Below are positions 10,052 to 21,067 of a stretch of 64,000 nucleotides of DNA, piece by piece; the stretch's first letter is position 1, and the number at the start of each line of letters is the position of its first letter. Source of the stretch: Escherichia phage vb_EcoM_bov9_1. The position numbers and the translations under genes were made by a program. The stretch is taken from the sequence record MT884006.2. One strand, given 5' to 3'. The notes under the pieces were generated by a model. The model ran no database searches. It saw only the letters and a program-made list of their open reading frames with translations, and was not told the origin of the DNA.

Positions 10052-10801
10052 ATGGCAAACATTATTCGTTGTAAATTACCAGATGGTGTTCATCGTTTTA
10101 AACCATTTACGGTAGAAGATTATCGAGATTTTTTGTTAGTTCGAAACGATATAGAACATCGGTCACCACAAGAACAAAAAGAAATAATTACTGATTTAAT
10201 TGATGATTATTTTGGAGACTATCCGAAGACTTGGCAACCATTTATATTTTTGCAGGTATTTGTAGGGTCAATAGGTAAAACTAAAGTACCGGTCACATTT
10301 GTATGTCCAAAATGTAAAAAAGAAAAGACAGTTCCATTTGAAATATATCAAAAAGAATTAAAGGAACCTGTTTTTGATGTAGCTAATGTTAAAATTAAAT
10401 TAAAGTTTCCTTCTGAGTTTTATGAAAATAAAGCAAAGATGATTACTGAAAATATTCATTCTGTTCAAGTAGATGAAATATGGTATGATTGGAAGGAAAT
10501 TAGTGAATCAAGCCAAATAGAACTTGTTGATGCCATCGAGATAGAAACATTAGAAAAAATTCTCGATGCAATGAATCCTATTAATTTAACTCTACATATG
10601 TCATGCTGTAATAAGTACATTAAAAAATACACTGATATAGTAGACGTGTTTAAGCTATTAGTTAACCCAGATGAGATATTTACTTTTTATCAAATTAATC
10701 ACACACTCGTAAAAAGTAATTATAGCTTAAATTCAATAATGAAAATGATTCCTGCCGAGCGCGGATTCGTATTAAAACTGATTGAGAAGGATAAACAATA
10801 A
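10052..10801 (+). CDS. 51: Baseplate hub assembly protein gp51
   Basis: 249 aa; AAGGAG site; divergent from gene 26 as in T4. Confidence 0.88.
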   Translation: MANIIRCKLPDGVHRFKPFTVEDYRDFLLVRNDIEHRSPQEQKEIITDLIDDYFGDYPKTWQPFIFLQVFVGSIGKTKVPVTFVCPKCKKEKTVPFEIYQKELKEPVFDVANVKIKLKFPSEFYENKAKMITENIHSVQVDEIWYDWKEISESSQIELVDAIEIETLEKILDAMNPINLTLHMSCCNKYIKKYTDIVDVFKLLVNPDEIFTFYQINHTLVKSNYSLNSIMKMIPAERGFVLKLIEKDKQ

Positions 10802-11976
10802 TGAGTATGTTGCAACGCCCCGGATATCCAAATCTCAGCGTTAAATTATTTGATAGCTACGACGCTTGGAGTAATAATAGATTTGTTGAATTAGCTGCTA
10901 CTATTACCACATTAACTATGCGGGATTCTCTTTATGGCCGAAATGAAGGAATGCTGCAGTTTTATGATTCTAAAAACATCCATACAAAAATGGATGGAAA
11001 TGAAATAATTCAGATTTCTGTAGCTAATGCAAATGATATTAATAATGTTAAAACACGAATTTATGGATGTAAGCATTTTTCCGTGTCAGTAGATTCAAAA
11101 GGTGATAACATCATTGCTATTGAATTGGGAACTATTCATTCTATAGAAAATCTTAAATTTGGTAGACCATTTTTCCCTGATGCGGGTGAATCTATAAAAG
11201 AAATGCTTGGCGTCATTTATCAAGACCGTACATTATTAACTCCAGCGATAAATGCTATAAATGCTTATGTTCCTGATATTCCATGGACTAGCACATTTGA
11301 AAACTATTTGTCATATGTCAGAGAAGTTGCTCTAGCTGTAGGAAGCGACAAATTTGTATTTGTGTGGCAAGACATCATGGGAGTTAACATGATGGACTAT
11401 GATATGATGATAAATCAAGAACCATATCCAATGATTGTCGGTGAGCCATCTTTAATAGGTCAATTTGTCCAAGAATTAAAATATCCATTAGCATATGATT
11501 TCGTTTGGTTGACTAAATCGAATCCTCACAAACGTGACCCAATGAAAAACGCTACTATCTATGCGCATTCGTTTTTGGATTCTTCATTGCCAATGATTAC
11601 TACAGGAAAAGGAGAAAACTCTATTGTAGTGTCAAGGTCAGGTGCTTATTCTGAAATGACTTATAGGAATGGATATGAAGAAGCTATTCGTCTTCAAACT
11701 ATGGCACAATATGACGGCTATGCTAAATGTTCTACTGTCGGTAATTTTAACTTGACTCCTGGTGTTAAAATTATTTTTAATGATAGTAAAAACCAATTTA
11801 AAACAGAATTTTACGTTGATGAAGTTATCCATGAATTATCAAATAATAATTCAGTAACTCATCTTTATATGTTCACTAATGCAACGAAACTGGAAACAAT
11901 AGACCCAGTTAAGGTTAAAAATGAATTTAAATCTGATACTACCACTGAAGAAAGTAGTTCTTCCAATAAGCAATAA
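10801..11976 (+). CDS. 27: Baseplate hub protein gp27
   Basis: 391 aa; TAATG overlap with gene 51 stop. Confidence 0.9.
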   Translation: MSMLQRPGYPNLSVKLFDSYDAWSNNRFVELAATITTLTMRDSLYGRNEGMLQFYDSKNIHTKMDGNEIIQISVANANDINNVKTRIYGCKHFSVSVDSKGDNIIAIELGTIHSIENLKFGRPFFPDAGESIKEMLGVIYQDRTLLTPAINAINAYVPDIPWTSTFENYLSYVREVALAVGSDKFVFVWQDIMGVNMMDYDMMINQEPYPMIVGEPSLIGQFVQELKYPLAYDFVWLTKSNPHKRDPMKNATIYAHSFLDSSLPMITTGKGENSIVVSRSGAYSEMTYRNGYEEAIRLQTMAQYDGYAKCSTVGNFNLTPGVKIIFNDSKNQFKTEFYVDEVIHELSNNNSVTHLYMFTNATKLETIDPVKVKNEFKSDTTTEESSSSNKQ

Positions 11977-12454
11977 AGAAGTTTCTATTCCTAAAATGGG
12001 TCTTAAACATTATAACATTTTAAAGGATGTTAAAGGTCCTGATGAAAATTTAAAACTTCTTATTGATTCTATTTGTCCGAATTTATCACCGGCAGAAGTT
12101 GATTTCGTTTCTATTCATTTATTGGAATTTAATGGAAAGATTAAATCTCGTAAAGAAATAGATGGCTATACTTATGACATTAATGATGTCTATGTATGCC
12201 AAAGATTGGAATTTCAATACCAAGGAAATACATTTTATTTTAGACCTCCTGGAAAATTTGAACAATTTTTAACGGTGAGCGATATGTTATCTAAATGCTT
12301 GCTTAAGGTCAACGATGAAGTTAAAGAAATTAATTTTCTTGAGATGCCAGCATTCGTTTTAAAATGGGCAAATGATATTTTTACAACTTTAGCAATTCCT
12401 GGCCCTAATGGTCCAATAACTGGAATTGGCAATATTATTGGATTATTTGAATGA
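11921..12454 (+). CDS. 28: Baseplate hub distal subunit gp28
   Basis: 177 aa; overlaps gene 27 end; T4 order 27-28-29. Confidence 0.85.
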   Translation: MNLNLILPLKKVVLPISNKEVSIPKMGLKHYNILKDVKGPDENLKLLIDSICPNLSPAEVDFVSIHLLEFNGKIKSRKEIDGYTYDINDVYVCQRLEFQYQGNTFYFRPPGKFEQFLTVSDMLSKCLLKVNDEVKEINFLEMPAFVLKWANDIFTTLAIPGPNGPITGIGNIIGLFE

Positions 12455-14223
12455 AAAAGCCACAAGAAATGCAAACGATGCGTAGAAAAGTTATTTCAGA
12501 TAATAAACCAACACAGGAAGCGGCTAAATCCGCTTCCAACACTTTATCTGGACTTAATGATATATCTACGAAATTGGATGATGCTCAAGCTGCTTCTGAA
12601 TTAATAGCTCAAACTGTCGAAGAAAAATCGAATGAAATAGTTGGAGCAATTGGTAACGTAGAAAGCGCAGTGAGTGATACTACTGCCGGTTCTGAGTTAA
12701 TTGCTGAAACTGTCGAAATTGGCAACAATATTAATAAAGAAATCGGTGAATCACTCGGAAGCAAATTAGATAAATTAACAAGTTTACTAGAGCAAAAAAT
12801 CCAGACAGCTGGAATTCAACAGACTGGAACTAGTTTAGCCACTGTTGAAAGCGCTATTCCTGTTAAAGTCGTTGAGGATGATACTGCCGAATCTGTGGGT
12901 CCTTTATTACCAGCTCCCGAAGCAGTTAATAATGATCCTGACGCTGATTTTTTCCCTACCCCTCAACCAGTTGAACCCAAACAAGAATCGTCAGAAGAAA
13001 AACAGAAAAAAGAAGCATTTAACTTAAAATTATCTCAAGCTTTAGATAAATTAACAAAGACTGTTGATTTTGGATTTAAGAAATCCATTTCAATTAGTGA
13101 TAAAATATCAAGCATGTTATTTAAGTACACCATAAGTGCTGCTATTGAAGCTGCTAAAATGACTGCAATGATATTGGCTGTTGTTGTTGGAATAGACCTT
13201 TTGATGGTTCATTTTAAATACTGGTCAGATAAATTTTCAAAAGCCTGGGATTTATTTAATACTGACTTTACTAAATTCTCTAGCGAAACCGGAACATGGG
13301 GTCCTTTATTACAGAGCATCTTTGGTTCTATTGATAAAATTAGACAACTTTGGGAAAAGGGAGATTGGGGTGGATTGACAGTAGCTATTATAGAAGGGCT
13401 TGGAAAGGTTCTTTTTAATTTAGGAGAGCTTATTCAATTAGGTATGGCTAAATTATCTGCTGCAATTCTTCGAGTTATTCCTGGCATGAAGGATACTGCT
13501 GATGAAGTAGAAGGAAGAGCACTGGAAAATTTCCAAAATACTACAAATGCTTCTCTTAGCAAAGAAGATCAAGAAAAAGTTGCAAATTATCAATATAAAA
13601 GAATGAACGGAGATCTTGGTCCAATAGCAAAAGGATTAGACAAAATTGCGAACTGGAAAACTCGTGCTTCTAACTGGATTCGTGGTGTTGATAATAAAGA
13701 AGCACTAACGACTGATGAAGAGAGAGCAGAGGAAGAAGAAAAATTAAAGCAACTTTCTCCGGAAGAAGCTAAAATTGCTTTAATGAAAGCTAATGAAGCT
13801 CGTGCTGCTATGAATCGTTTTGAACAATATGCCGATTCAGCTGATATGAGTAAAGACTCAACGGTTAAATCAGTTGAAGCTGCCTATGAAGACCTTAAAA
13901 AACGGATGGATGACCCGGATTTAAATAATTCACCGGCAGTTAAAAAAGAACTTGCTGCTAGATTTTCTAAAATTGATGCTACTTATCAAGAGCTCAAGAA
14001 AAATCAGCCTAATGCCAAACCTGAAACTTCTGCTAAATCACCAGAAGCAAAACAAGTCCAGGTAATAGAAAAGAACAAAGCACAGCAAGCTCCTGTTCAA
14101 CAAGCATCTCCTTCAATCAATAATACTAATAATGTTATTAAGAAAAATACTGTCGTTCATAATATGACACCTGTAACGAGCACGACTGCTCCTGGTGTAT
14201 TTGGCGCGACTGGAGTTAATTAA
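12451..14223 (+). CDS. 29: gp29 baseplate hub / tail length determinator
   Basis: 590 aa; ATGA overlap with gene 28; long helical central region. Confidence 0.9.
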   Translation: MKKPQEMQTMRRKVISDNKPTQEAAKSASNTLSGLNDISTKLDDAQAASELIAQTVEEKSNEIVGAIGNVESAVSDTTAGSELIAETVEIGNNINKEIGESLGSKLDKLTSLLEQKIQTAGIQQTGTSLATVESAIPVKVVEDDTAESVGPLLPAPEAVNNDPDADFFPTPQPVEPKQESSEEKQKKEAFNLKLSQALDKLTKTVDFGFKKSISISDKISSMLFKYTISAAIEAAKMTAMILAVVVGIDLLMVHFKYWSDKFSKAWDLFNTDFTKFSSETGTWGPLLQSIFGSIDKIRQLWEKGDWGGLTVAIIEGLGKVLFNLGELIQLGMAKLSAAILRVIPGMKDTADEVEGRALENFQNTTNASLSKEDQEKVANYQYKRMNGDLGPIAKGLDKIANWKTRASNWIRGVDNKEALTTDEERAEEEEKLKQLSPEEAKIALMKANEARAAMNRFEQYADSADMSKDSTVKSVEAAYEDLKKRMDDPDLNNSPAVKKELAARFSKIDATYQELKKNQPNAKPETSAKSPEAKQVQVIEKNKAQQAPVQQASPSINNTNNVIKKNTVVHNMTPVTSTTAPGVFGATGVN

Positions 14224-14231
14224 GGAATAAT

Positions 14232-15326
14232 ATGGCAATTGTTAAAGAAATAACTGCTGATTTAATTAAAAAGTCCGGTGAGAAAATTTCAGCCGGACAG
14301 AGTACTAAATCAGAAGTAGGAACTAAAACATACACTGCCCAGTTTCCAACTGGGCGTGCTAGTGGTAATGACACTACAGGGGACTTCCAGGTAACAGATC
14401 TATATAAGAATGGATTATTATTTACTGCATACAATATGTCATCTAGGGATTCTGGAAGTCTTAGATCGATGAGATCTAACTACTCTTCTTCATCTTCGAG
14501 TATTTTACGTACAGCAAGAAACACTATTAGTAGTACAGTATCAAAACTATCAAATGGATTAATATCAAATAATAATTCAGGAACAATAAGTAAATCTCCT
14601 ATCGCAAACATTCTTTTACCGAGATCTAAATCTGATGTTGATACATCATCACATAGATTTAATGATGTTCAAGAAAGCCTTATTAGTAGAGGCGGAGGTA
14701 CTGCTACTGGAGTGCTAAGTAATATTGCTTCAACCGCAGTATTTGGGGCGTTGGAAAGTATAACACAAGGTATAATGGCTGATAATAATGAACAGATTTA
14801 TACGACAGCCAGAAGTATGTATGGTGGTGCTGAAAATAGAACTAAAGTGTTTACATGGGATTTGACTCCACGTTCAACGGAAGATTTGATGGCTATTATT
14901 AATATCTATCAATATTTTAACTATTTTTCTTATGGTGAAACGGGTAAATCTCAATATGCTGCTGAAATAAAGGGGTATTTAGATGATTGGTATCGTTCTA
15001 CGTTAATTGAACCTTTATCTCCGGAAGACGCAGCTAAAAATAAAACACTATTTGAGAAAATGACATCGAGTTTAACTAACGTTCTAGTGGTTTCAAACCC
15101 GACAATTTGGATGGTGAAAAACTTTGGTGCAACATCTAAGTTTGATGGAAAAACGGAAATATTTGGCCCATGCCAAATACAGAGCATCAGATTTGATAAA
15201 ACACCCAATGGTAACTTTAACGGATTAGCTATTGCTCCAAACCTCCCTAGTACATTTACTCTCGAGATTACTATGAGAGAAATTATCACGTTAAACCGTG
15301 CTTCTTTATATGCGGGGACTTTTTAA
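14232..15326 (+). CDS. 48: Baseplate tail-tube junction protein gp48
   Basis: 364 aa; T4 order 29-48-54. Confidence 0.88.
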   Translation: MAIVKEITADLIKKSGEKISAGQSTKSEVGTKTYTAQFPTGRASGNDTTGDFQVTDLYKNGLLFTAYNMSSRDSGSLRSMRSNYSSSSSSILRTARNTISSTVSKLSNGLISNNNSGTISKSPIANILLPRSKSDVDTSSHRFNDVQESLISRGGGTATGVLSNIASTAVFGALESITQGIMADNNEQIYTTARSMYGGAENRTKVFTWDLTPRSTEDLMAIINIYQYFNYFSYGETGKSQYAAEIKGYLDDWYRSTLIEPLSPEDAAKNKTLFEKMTSSLTNVLVVSNPTIWMVKNFGATSKFDGKTEIFGPCQIQSIRFDKTPNGNFNGLAIAPNLPSTFTLEITMREIITLNRASLYAGTF

Positions 15327-16291
15327 TGTATTCTTTAGAGGAATTTAATAATCAAGCAATAAACGCAGATTTCCAACGTAATAATATGTTTAGCTGCGTT
15401 TTTGCAACAACTCCATCAACTAAAAGCTCTTCGTTGATAAGTTCAATTAGCAACTTTTCTTATAATAACTTGGGCCTAAATTCAGATTGGTTAGGATTAA
15501 CTCAAGGCGATATTAATCAGGGAATTACCACGCTAATTACAGCTGGCACACAAAAACTGATAAGAAAATCAGGTGTTAGTAAATATCTTATTGGTGCCAT
15601 GAGTCAACGTACAGTTCAAAGTTTATTAGGCTCATTTACAGTTGGTACATATTTAATTGACTTCTTTAACATGGCATATAACTCATCTGGATTGATGATA
15701 TACTCTGTAAAAATGCCAGAGAATAGATTATCCTATGAAACTGACTGGAACTATAATTCTCCTAATATTCGTATAACTGGGAGAGAATTAGACCCTTTGG
15801 TTATTTCATTTAGAATGGATTCAGAAGCTTGTAACTATCGTGCAATGCAAGACTGGGTTAACTCTGTTCAAGACCCAGTAACTGGATTGCGTGCTTTGCC
15901 GCAAGATGTCGAGGCAGATATTCAGGTTAATCTTCATTCTCGCAATGGATTACCTCATACTGCGGTGATGTTCACCGGATGCATTCCAATATCAGTGAGC
16001 GCTCCTGAGTTATCATATGATGGAGATAACCAAATAACTACATTTGATGTTACTTTTGCGTACAGAGTGATGCAGGCTGGAGCAGTTGATAGGCAAGCTG
16101 CGCTTGAATGGCTTGAATCTGCTGCTATAAATGGTATTCAAAGCGTTCTCGGAAATAGTGGAGGTGTTACTGGACTATCTAATTCGCTTTCACGACTCAG
16201 TAGATTAGGGGGAACTGCAGGAAGCATTTCAAACATTAATACTATGACAGGAATTGTCAATTCGCAGAGTAAAATATTAGGAGCAATATAA
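15326..16291 (+). CDS. 54: Baseplate tail-tube initiator gp54
   Basis: 321 aa; TAATG coupling with gene 48. Confidence 0.88.
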   Translation: MYSLEEFNNQAINADFQRNNMFSCVFATTPSTKSSSLISSISNFSYNNLGLNSDWLGLTQGDINQGITTLITAGTQKLIRKSGVSKYLIGAMSQRTVQSLLGSFTVGTYLIDFFNMAYNSSGLMIYSVKMPENRLSYETDWNYNSPNIRITGRELDPLVISFRMDSEACNYRAMQDWVNSVQDPVTGLRALPQDVEADIQVNLHSRNGLPHTAVMFTGCIPISVSAPELSYDGDNQITTFDVTFAYRVMQAGAVDRQAALEWLESAAINGIQSVLGNSGGVTGLSNSLSRLSRLGGTAGSISNINTMTGIVNSQSKILGAI

Positions 16292-16295
16292 CAAT

Positions 16296-16325
16296 GGGGA
16301 CCTTTCGGTCCCCATATTTTTATTT
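16296..16325 (+). terminator. Terminator after the baseplate operon
   Basis: ggggaccTTTCggtcccc followed by atatttttattt. Confidence 0.6.
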
Positions 16326-16610
16326 ACGGAATGAAATGAAAGCAGAAACTGAAGCAACTAAACTGTCTTCAATATAAACTTCAATTTTTACCGGAGCTTC
16401 TGACTCAAATTTACCTGTTACTACACCCTGAAAAATGCTTTCAGTCTGTTCTGGCTTTGAAAAATTTTCAGAAGGGAAAATTCCGAACTTTTTATCTGTT
16501 CCAAAAATTTTAATAAATTCATCGTAAACTGCTTCATTAAAAGCGTTATCAGCAGGAATAACGCCTTCAACTACAAGTTCTTGACCTAAAAAGCGCAAAG
16601 AAGATTTCAT
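16320..16610 (-). CDS. Hypothetical protein (alt.-3-like position)
   Basis: 96 aa; ATG 16610 with GAGGAA site; early promoter directly upstream. Confidence 0.6.
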   Translation of the reverse strand: MKSSLRFLGQELVVEGVIPADNAFNEAVYDEFIKIFGTDKKFGIFPSENFSKPEQTESIFQGVVTGKFESEAPVKIEVYIEDSLVASVSAFISFRK

Positions 16611-16641
16611 TTTGTGTTCCTCATGTTATGTCAGTAAGACT

Positions 16642-16671
16642 ACTATAACACAACATAAGGAACTTGTAAAC
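16642..16671 (-). promoter_or_regulatory. Early sigma70-type promoter
   Basis: Minus strand GTTTACA - 17 nt - TATAGT with TGT extended -10; nearly identical to the alc promoter. Confidence 0.55.
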
Positions 16672-18728
16672 TACATTTTGAACTTTTTAGACATTCCGTT
16701 GATGTTAACCAAAGAAGCTAAGATTTGAGAAACTTCGTTTTCCTCTTCTTTTGATTCTTCTACAAGGAATTGATTAAATCCAGCCATTGGACGAACTTCA
16801 CCAGTTTCCATCAGATGGTCGCCATCATATACTGATTCTTCTAATTGTTCAGAAGGAGGAACGATTGTACCTTCGATTAGATACTTGTTATAAGCAGTTT
16901 CTTTCATCATGTACGTACTTACTTTATTAATCTTCAGTAAAATTCCACGCGGCAAAATAACTTCAGCTTCGGATGGAAATCCTGATAAATGACCTGGAAC
17001 GATAACTTTAACTCGTTCAGCTCCTTTAATTACCATACCTACATTAGTTTCAGCGTCTTCATTCGCATATGTAGAATGACTACCCATATGCATTAAATCT
17101 TCAGCATCAACTGAACCTTCTCCTTCACCAGAAAATACTGCTCCGGAATCATCTAAGGCCATATAATTTTTACCATATTCACCGAAGATATTTGGCTTGA
17201 GTGAAGTAGATACAAAGTTCTTGAAATAGAACATTTTATTTTCTATATTATGACGTAAAGTTTTAAAGGTAACTTCTTGCCCACGATAAAGAGTAGTTCC
17301 TGGAGGAAGAACTGAACCTTTAGAAAATGCAGAATCCAGCGTCTCAATATGTTTAATAGCTCGTTCCATATATTCTTCACGGGTAGAATCAGGTTTACCT
17401 AGAAGGAACGAGTTCATTTCAACATATGAATCTGCGCAATAATCTTCAATTACATCAGACTCAGCCTGAGTTAATCCTTTTGGAGTTACTTCAGTGCTTG
17501 CATATTCATATGCCTGAGCAGCAGATTCATCAATTAATTTATAAATTCCATTCATTACAAATTGAATAATAGCTGTCTTTTCATCTGGTGTAGCTTTAGA
17601 ACCTTTAACTAAATCATTGACAATTTTCTTAATAACATCAAAGCTATTAGAAATATTAATGTCAGCAAGATCGCTTAAAATTTTATCAGTTTTATAATCA
17701 AAGAATTCTTTATTCTTTAAATATTCTTGAGAACCTTGATATGTTATATCGCTCTGCAGCTTGATAGATGGATCGCGTAAACGTGCATGGGCCAATGCAA
17801 TATGATTTCGGAAGCTTTCGAGTTCATAATCACTAGATTTAAAACGAGAAGCACTTCTCATACCACCGATAGCTCCTTTGCTAAAGTTTGAACCAACCTG
17901 AATAACGCCAGAGTTCATTGGTCCTTCTGCTTTATATACCGGAACTTTAGATTCAAACTCTTGATATTTCTTAGCAGCGAAGCTATCACCCTGAAGTGAA
18001 GCATCAACAGTAGAATATTGAGCTTGTGCTGCTAATCGACGACTAATTTTAGTTTTCTGAATAACAGCTTGATCCGTGCGCTTATCATTTTCTAAAGCAA
18101 TAGAAGCAGCAACAGCAACAGCTTTAGGAACAGCATTACCTGTTTTAACGTCTACATAAACATCACCAACCTTTGATTCAACTTTTGTGAATAACTCGGT
18201 TGAAATAGGAGGTACACCTGGAATGTCTTCTAAATTGGCATTTTTACGGTAAACCATAATATATGCGTACTTTTTATCATAATCCCAGATTTCCTTTAAA
18301 AGAACATATCGACCTGCTCCTTTAGTACGTACTAAACGGTCAGCAATAACTTGCATTTGCCGAGCAGCGCCATTTGTTTTACTTTTTAGTACGCGGAATA
18401 AGCATGCATCAATTTTATACTGTTTCATTGTTTGAAGAGCAGTATCAAAAACAGCATTAATGACGCCAATTGGATTTCCACCCAAGTTTTTAAGCTTAAC
18501 TAATGATAGTTTCTCATTAACACCTATCATTACGATATGCATCATTTTGTCGCCTGGCTTAACGTTTTTATTCGTATCACCGCCAGAGGTGTATGTACAA
18601 AATCTAAATCCAGGAAGCACGCTTTCTTCACCTGCTTGAATAGCAAAAATTTGAGGTATTTTATGCTTAGGATTTAAGTTAACAACCGGCGCCGAAGCGC
18701 CGTCAAATAATTCTGTAATAAGTTCCAT
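16671..18728 (-). CDS. alt: Alt-family ADP-ribosyltransferase (head-packaged)
   Basis: 685 aa; N-terminus MELITELFD; ART signature R (TLYRGQ), STS (FVSTSL), ExE (SEAEV). Confidence 0.88.
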   Translation of the reverse strand: MELITELFDGASAPVVNLNPKHKIPQIFAIQAGEESVLPGFRFCTYTSGGDTNKNVKPGDKMMHIVMIGVNEKLSLVKLKNLGGNPIGVINAVFDTALQTMKQYKIDACLFRVLKSKTNGAARQMQVIADRLVRTKGAGRYVLLKEIWDYDKKYAYIMVYRKNANLEDIPGVPPISTELFTKVESKVGDVYVDVKTGNAVPKAVAVAASIALENDKRTDQAVIQKTKISRRLAAQAQYSTVDASLQGDSFAAKKYQEFESKVPVYKAEGPMNSGVIQVGSNFSKGAIGGMRSASRFKSSDYELESFRNHIALAHARLRDPSIKLQSDITYQGSQEYLKNKEFFDYKTDKILSDLADINISNSFDVIKKIVNDLVKGSKATPDEKTAIIQFVMNGIYKLIDESAAQAYEYASTEVTPKGLTQAESDVIEDYCADSYVEMNSFLLGKPDSTREEYMERAIKHIETLDSAFSKGSVLPPGTTLYRGQEVTFKTLRHNIENKMFYFKNFVSTSLKPNIFGEYGKNYMALDDSGAVFSGEGEGSVDAEDLMHMGSHSTYANEDAETNVGMVIKGAERVKVIVPGHLSGFPSEAEVILPRGILLKINKVSTYMMKETAYNKYLIEGTIVPPSEQLEESVYDGDHLMETGEVRPMAGFNQFLVEESKEEENEVSQILASLVNINGMSKKFKM

Positions 18729-18731
18729 GAT

Positions 18732-20825
18732 TTATCCTTGAACGAACTTGTAAGGCATGTTTGTAATATCTATGCAAGACGCAATAATTCCAAGAGATGA
18801 TTCTACTTTCTGTTTAATATTTGATGAAACAAATGATGCAAAGTCAACTCTGTCTTCTATTTCAATATCACCTGTCATTGCAGCCAATTCACCAGTTTCC
18901 ATTAAATGGTCTCCATCATAGATTACCGATTCGGTGAGCTCTTCCGTGGTCATAACTTCAGCTTGAATGAGTTTTGTATTATTAGATGTTGTTCCGTCAT
19001 TATTAGAAGCATCGGTTATTTTATTAACTTTGACCATCAATCCACGCGGTAGAATAACTTCAGCTTCTGTTGCTATTCCGAGACTTCCTGGATATACAAC
19101 ATTAACTTTATGAGCTCCATCAATTGCCCATCCTATTTGAACTTTAACATATTCAGGATTTTCTTTATACGCTCTTATTTCGTTTGGATTAATAGTTATT
19201 CCTTCTTCATTTTTATCAACTGTTAATTCATTGCGAGCTTCTGGTTCTAAAAGACCAATACCAGCATGTGTGATTCCAAAACGTCCAAAAATGATAGGAG
19301 TTAAAGAAGTAGATACAAAATTTCTGAAGTAGAACACTTTATTTTTAACTAACGCTTCATATATAGGAGCAGTCATACTTTGAGCACGATAAACTGTAAT
19401 GCCTTCTGGTATACGGTCACCATTTTCAAAAGCTGAATCTAAGTTATTTATAGCAGATTCAATTTCTTTTTCACTCATTACATCGTATCGTTCTGGATTG
19501 TAACGACCTAAAAGAAGATTATTGATGTCAGTATATCCTGATCCACAATACTCTCTAATGCCGCGCTTTTGCGATGGAGTATATTTAGAACCATCACGTG
19601 CAATGGTAATATCAATCATTGGACCTGCACCAATTCCAGAAAAGCTATAAATCATTCGTTTGAGGAATTTAGTTTTTGCTGCGTTCCAGGAATTTTTAGT
19701 TATTTCTTCCCAGACTTCATCTGGCTGCCCTTTACGAGTTTTATTATGTTTATCAAGCCAATTATCTTTATATTCTTCAAATAATTGATTAACAGCTGCT
19801 GCGTATTTCTCTAAACATTTTATTGAAGTAGTTGGTTCATTTTTAATCGCATTAAGAATTACATCTTTAATTTTTTCAGAAACTTCATTAACCTCACTTT
19901 TTAAAAAGAATTTATAGTCATAGTGAAGTTCATCTGCGGTTCCTTCGGCAATAATTTTTGCTGCCTTAGTTTTAGAAGCTAATGAATTAATTCCAAGCTT
20001 CATTTCTTCTGCTTCGGGAATTAAAGGAGCTGTAGCAGGTTTATTGAAATTAGCTGCGGTAGATTCATATTTCTGGAATAATTCGCTTTCAAATCTAGAA
20101 GATTCTAATGACTGACTTTGTGCAATTGCTCTACGGGAAATTTTAACTTTAACGATAACAGCTTGGTCAGAGCGTTTATCATTTTCTTGTGCAATAGATG
20201 CTGCAATTGCCTCATTTTTAGTTACTTGAGCTCCAGTATCTTTATTGATATAAACATCGCCGACTTTCGATTCAACCTTAGTAAAGAGCTCGGTACTAAT
20301 TTCAGGAACTCCTGGAATGTCTTCTAGTGATACATTTTTGCGATGTATAAGAATATATGCGTACTTTTTATCATAATCCCAGAGTTCCTTAAGAAGGACG
20401 TATCTGCCACCTGAACGACTACGGATAAGTCTATCAGCAATAACTTGAATTTGTCGAGCTTGACCAGCAGTTTTAGACTTAAGAATACGAAGCATACAGG
20501 CATCAATTTTATACTGACGCATCGTCTGCATTGCAACAGTAAAAACTGAATTGATGTAATTAATTGGGCTTGGACCGAGACCTTTTAATTTAGCAATTGA
20601 ACCTTTAGCAGTTAATGTAAAAGGAACAATATGCATCATTTTATCGCCCATTTTTAAATCGCGATTAGTATCACCTCCAGATGTATAGGTACATAAACGA
20701 AAGCCTGGTTGTTCAATTGCATCATCAACATGAACTGAAAAAATTTGTGGTATTTTCTTCTTTGGATTTAAGTTTGTAATCGGAAGAGTAGTATCTTCGT
20801 CAAATAATTCTGTAATAAGTTCCAT
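18732..20825 (-). CDS. Alt-family ADP-ribosyltransferase, tandem paralogue
   Basis: 697 aa; same N-terminal 200 aa pattern; R (TVYRAQ), STS (FVSTSL), ExE (TEAEV); 3-nt gap to downstream alt. Confidence 0.85.
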   Translation of the reverse strand: MELITELFDEDTTLPITNLNPKKKIPQIFSVHVDDAIEQPGFRLCTYTSGGDTNRDLKMGDKMMHIVPFTLTAKGSIAKLKGLGPSPINYINSVFTVAMQTMRQYKIDACMLRILKSKTAGQARQIQVIADRLIRSRSGGRYVLLKELWDYDKKYAYILIHRKNVSLEDIPGVPEISTELFTKVESKVGDVYINKDTGAQVTKNEAIAASIAQENDKRSDQAVIVKVKISRRAIAQSQSLESSRFESELFQKYESTAANFNKPATAPLIPEAEEMKLGINSLASKTKAAKIIAEGTADELHYDYKFFLKSEVNEVSEKIKDVILNAIKNEPTTSIKCLEKYAAAVNQLFEEYKDNWLDKHNKTRKGQPDEVWEEITKNSWNAAKTKFLKRMIYSFSGIGAGPMIDITIARDGSKYTPSQKRGIREYCGSGYTDINNLLLGRYNPERYDVMSEKEIESAINNLDSAFENGDRIPEGITVYRAQSMTAPIYEALVKNKVFYFRNFVSTSLTPIIFGRFGITHAGIGLLEPEARNELTVDKNEEGITINPNEIRAYKENPEYVKVQIGWAIDGAHKVNVVYPGSLGIATEAEVILPRGLMVKVNKITDASNNDGTTSNNTKLIQAEVMTTEELTESVIYDGDHLMETGELAAMTGDIEIEDRVDFASFVSSNIKQKVESSLGIIASCIDITNMPYKFVQG

Positions 20826-20848
20826 GTTATCCTCTCTAGTGTTTATTC

Positions 20849-20856
20849 TATTTATA
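20849..20856 (-). promoter_or_regulatory. Late promoter (TATAAATA) for the Alt paralogue pair
   Basis: Minus-strand TATAAATA 23 nt upstream of ATG 20825; GAGAGGA site. Confidence 0.5.
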
Positions 20857-20862
20857 AAATTA

Positions 20863-20878
20863 AAGGCCCGAAGGCCTT
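20863..20878 (-). terminator. Hairpin after the 61-aa ORF
   Basis: aaggccUUCGggcctt on minus strand followed by AU-rich tract. Confidence 0.4.
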
Positions 20879-20881
20879 TAA

Positions 20882-21067
20882 TTAATAGAGAGCTAAAAGA
20901 GTACGATATACTTCAAACTTTGGACCTTTTTCATATGGATCAAATCTTTCCGTGAATTCATCATATGCTAGTTTATCTGGGAATTCAAGAATAACCTGCG
21001 ATACCGCAGTGGAAACATCTCCACCTTCTTTTTGAGCCACGACAATTGTTTCTAAGTAAGCTTTCAT
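20882..21067 (-). CDS. Hypothetical small protein
   Basis: 61 aa; start overlaps ligase stop. Confidence 0.5.
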   Translation of the reverse strand: MKAYLETIVVAQKEGGDVSTAVSQVILEFPDKLAYDEFTERFDPYEKGPKFEVYRTLLALY

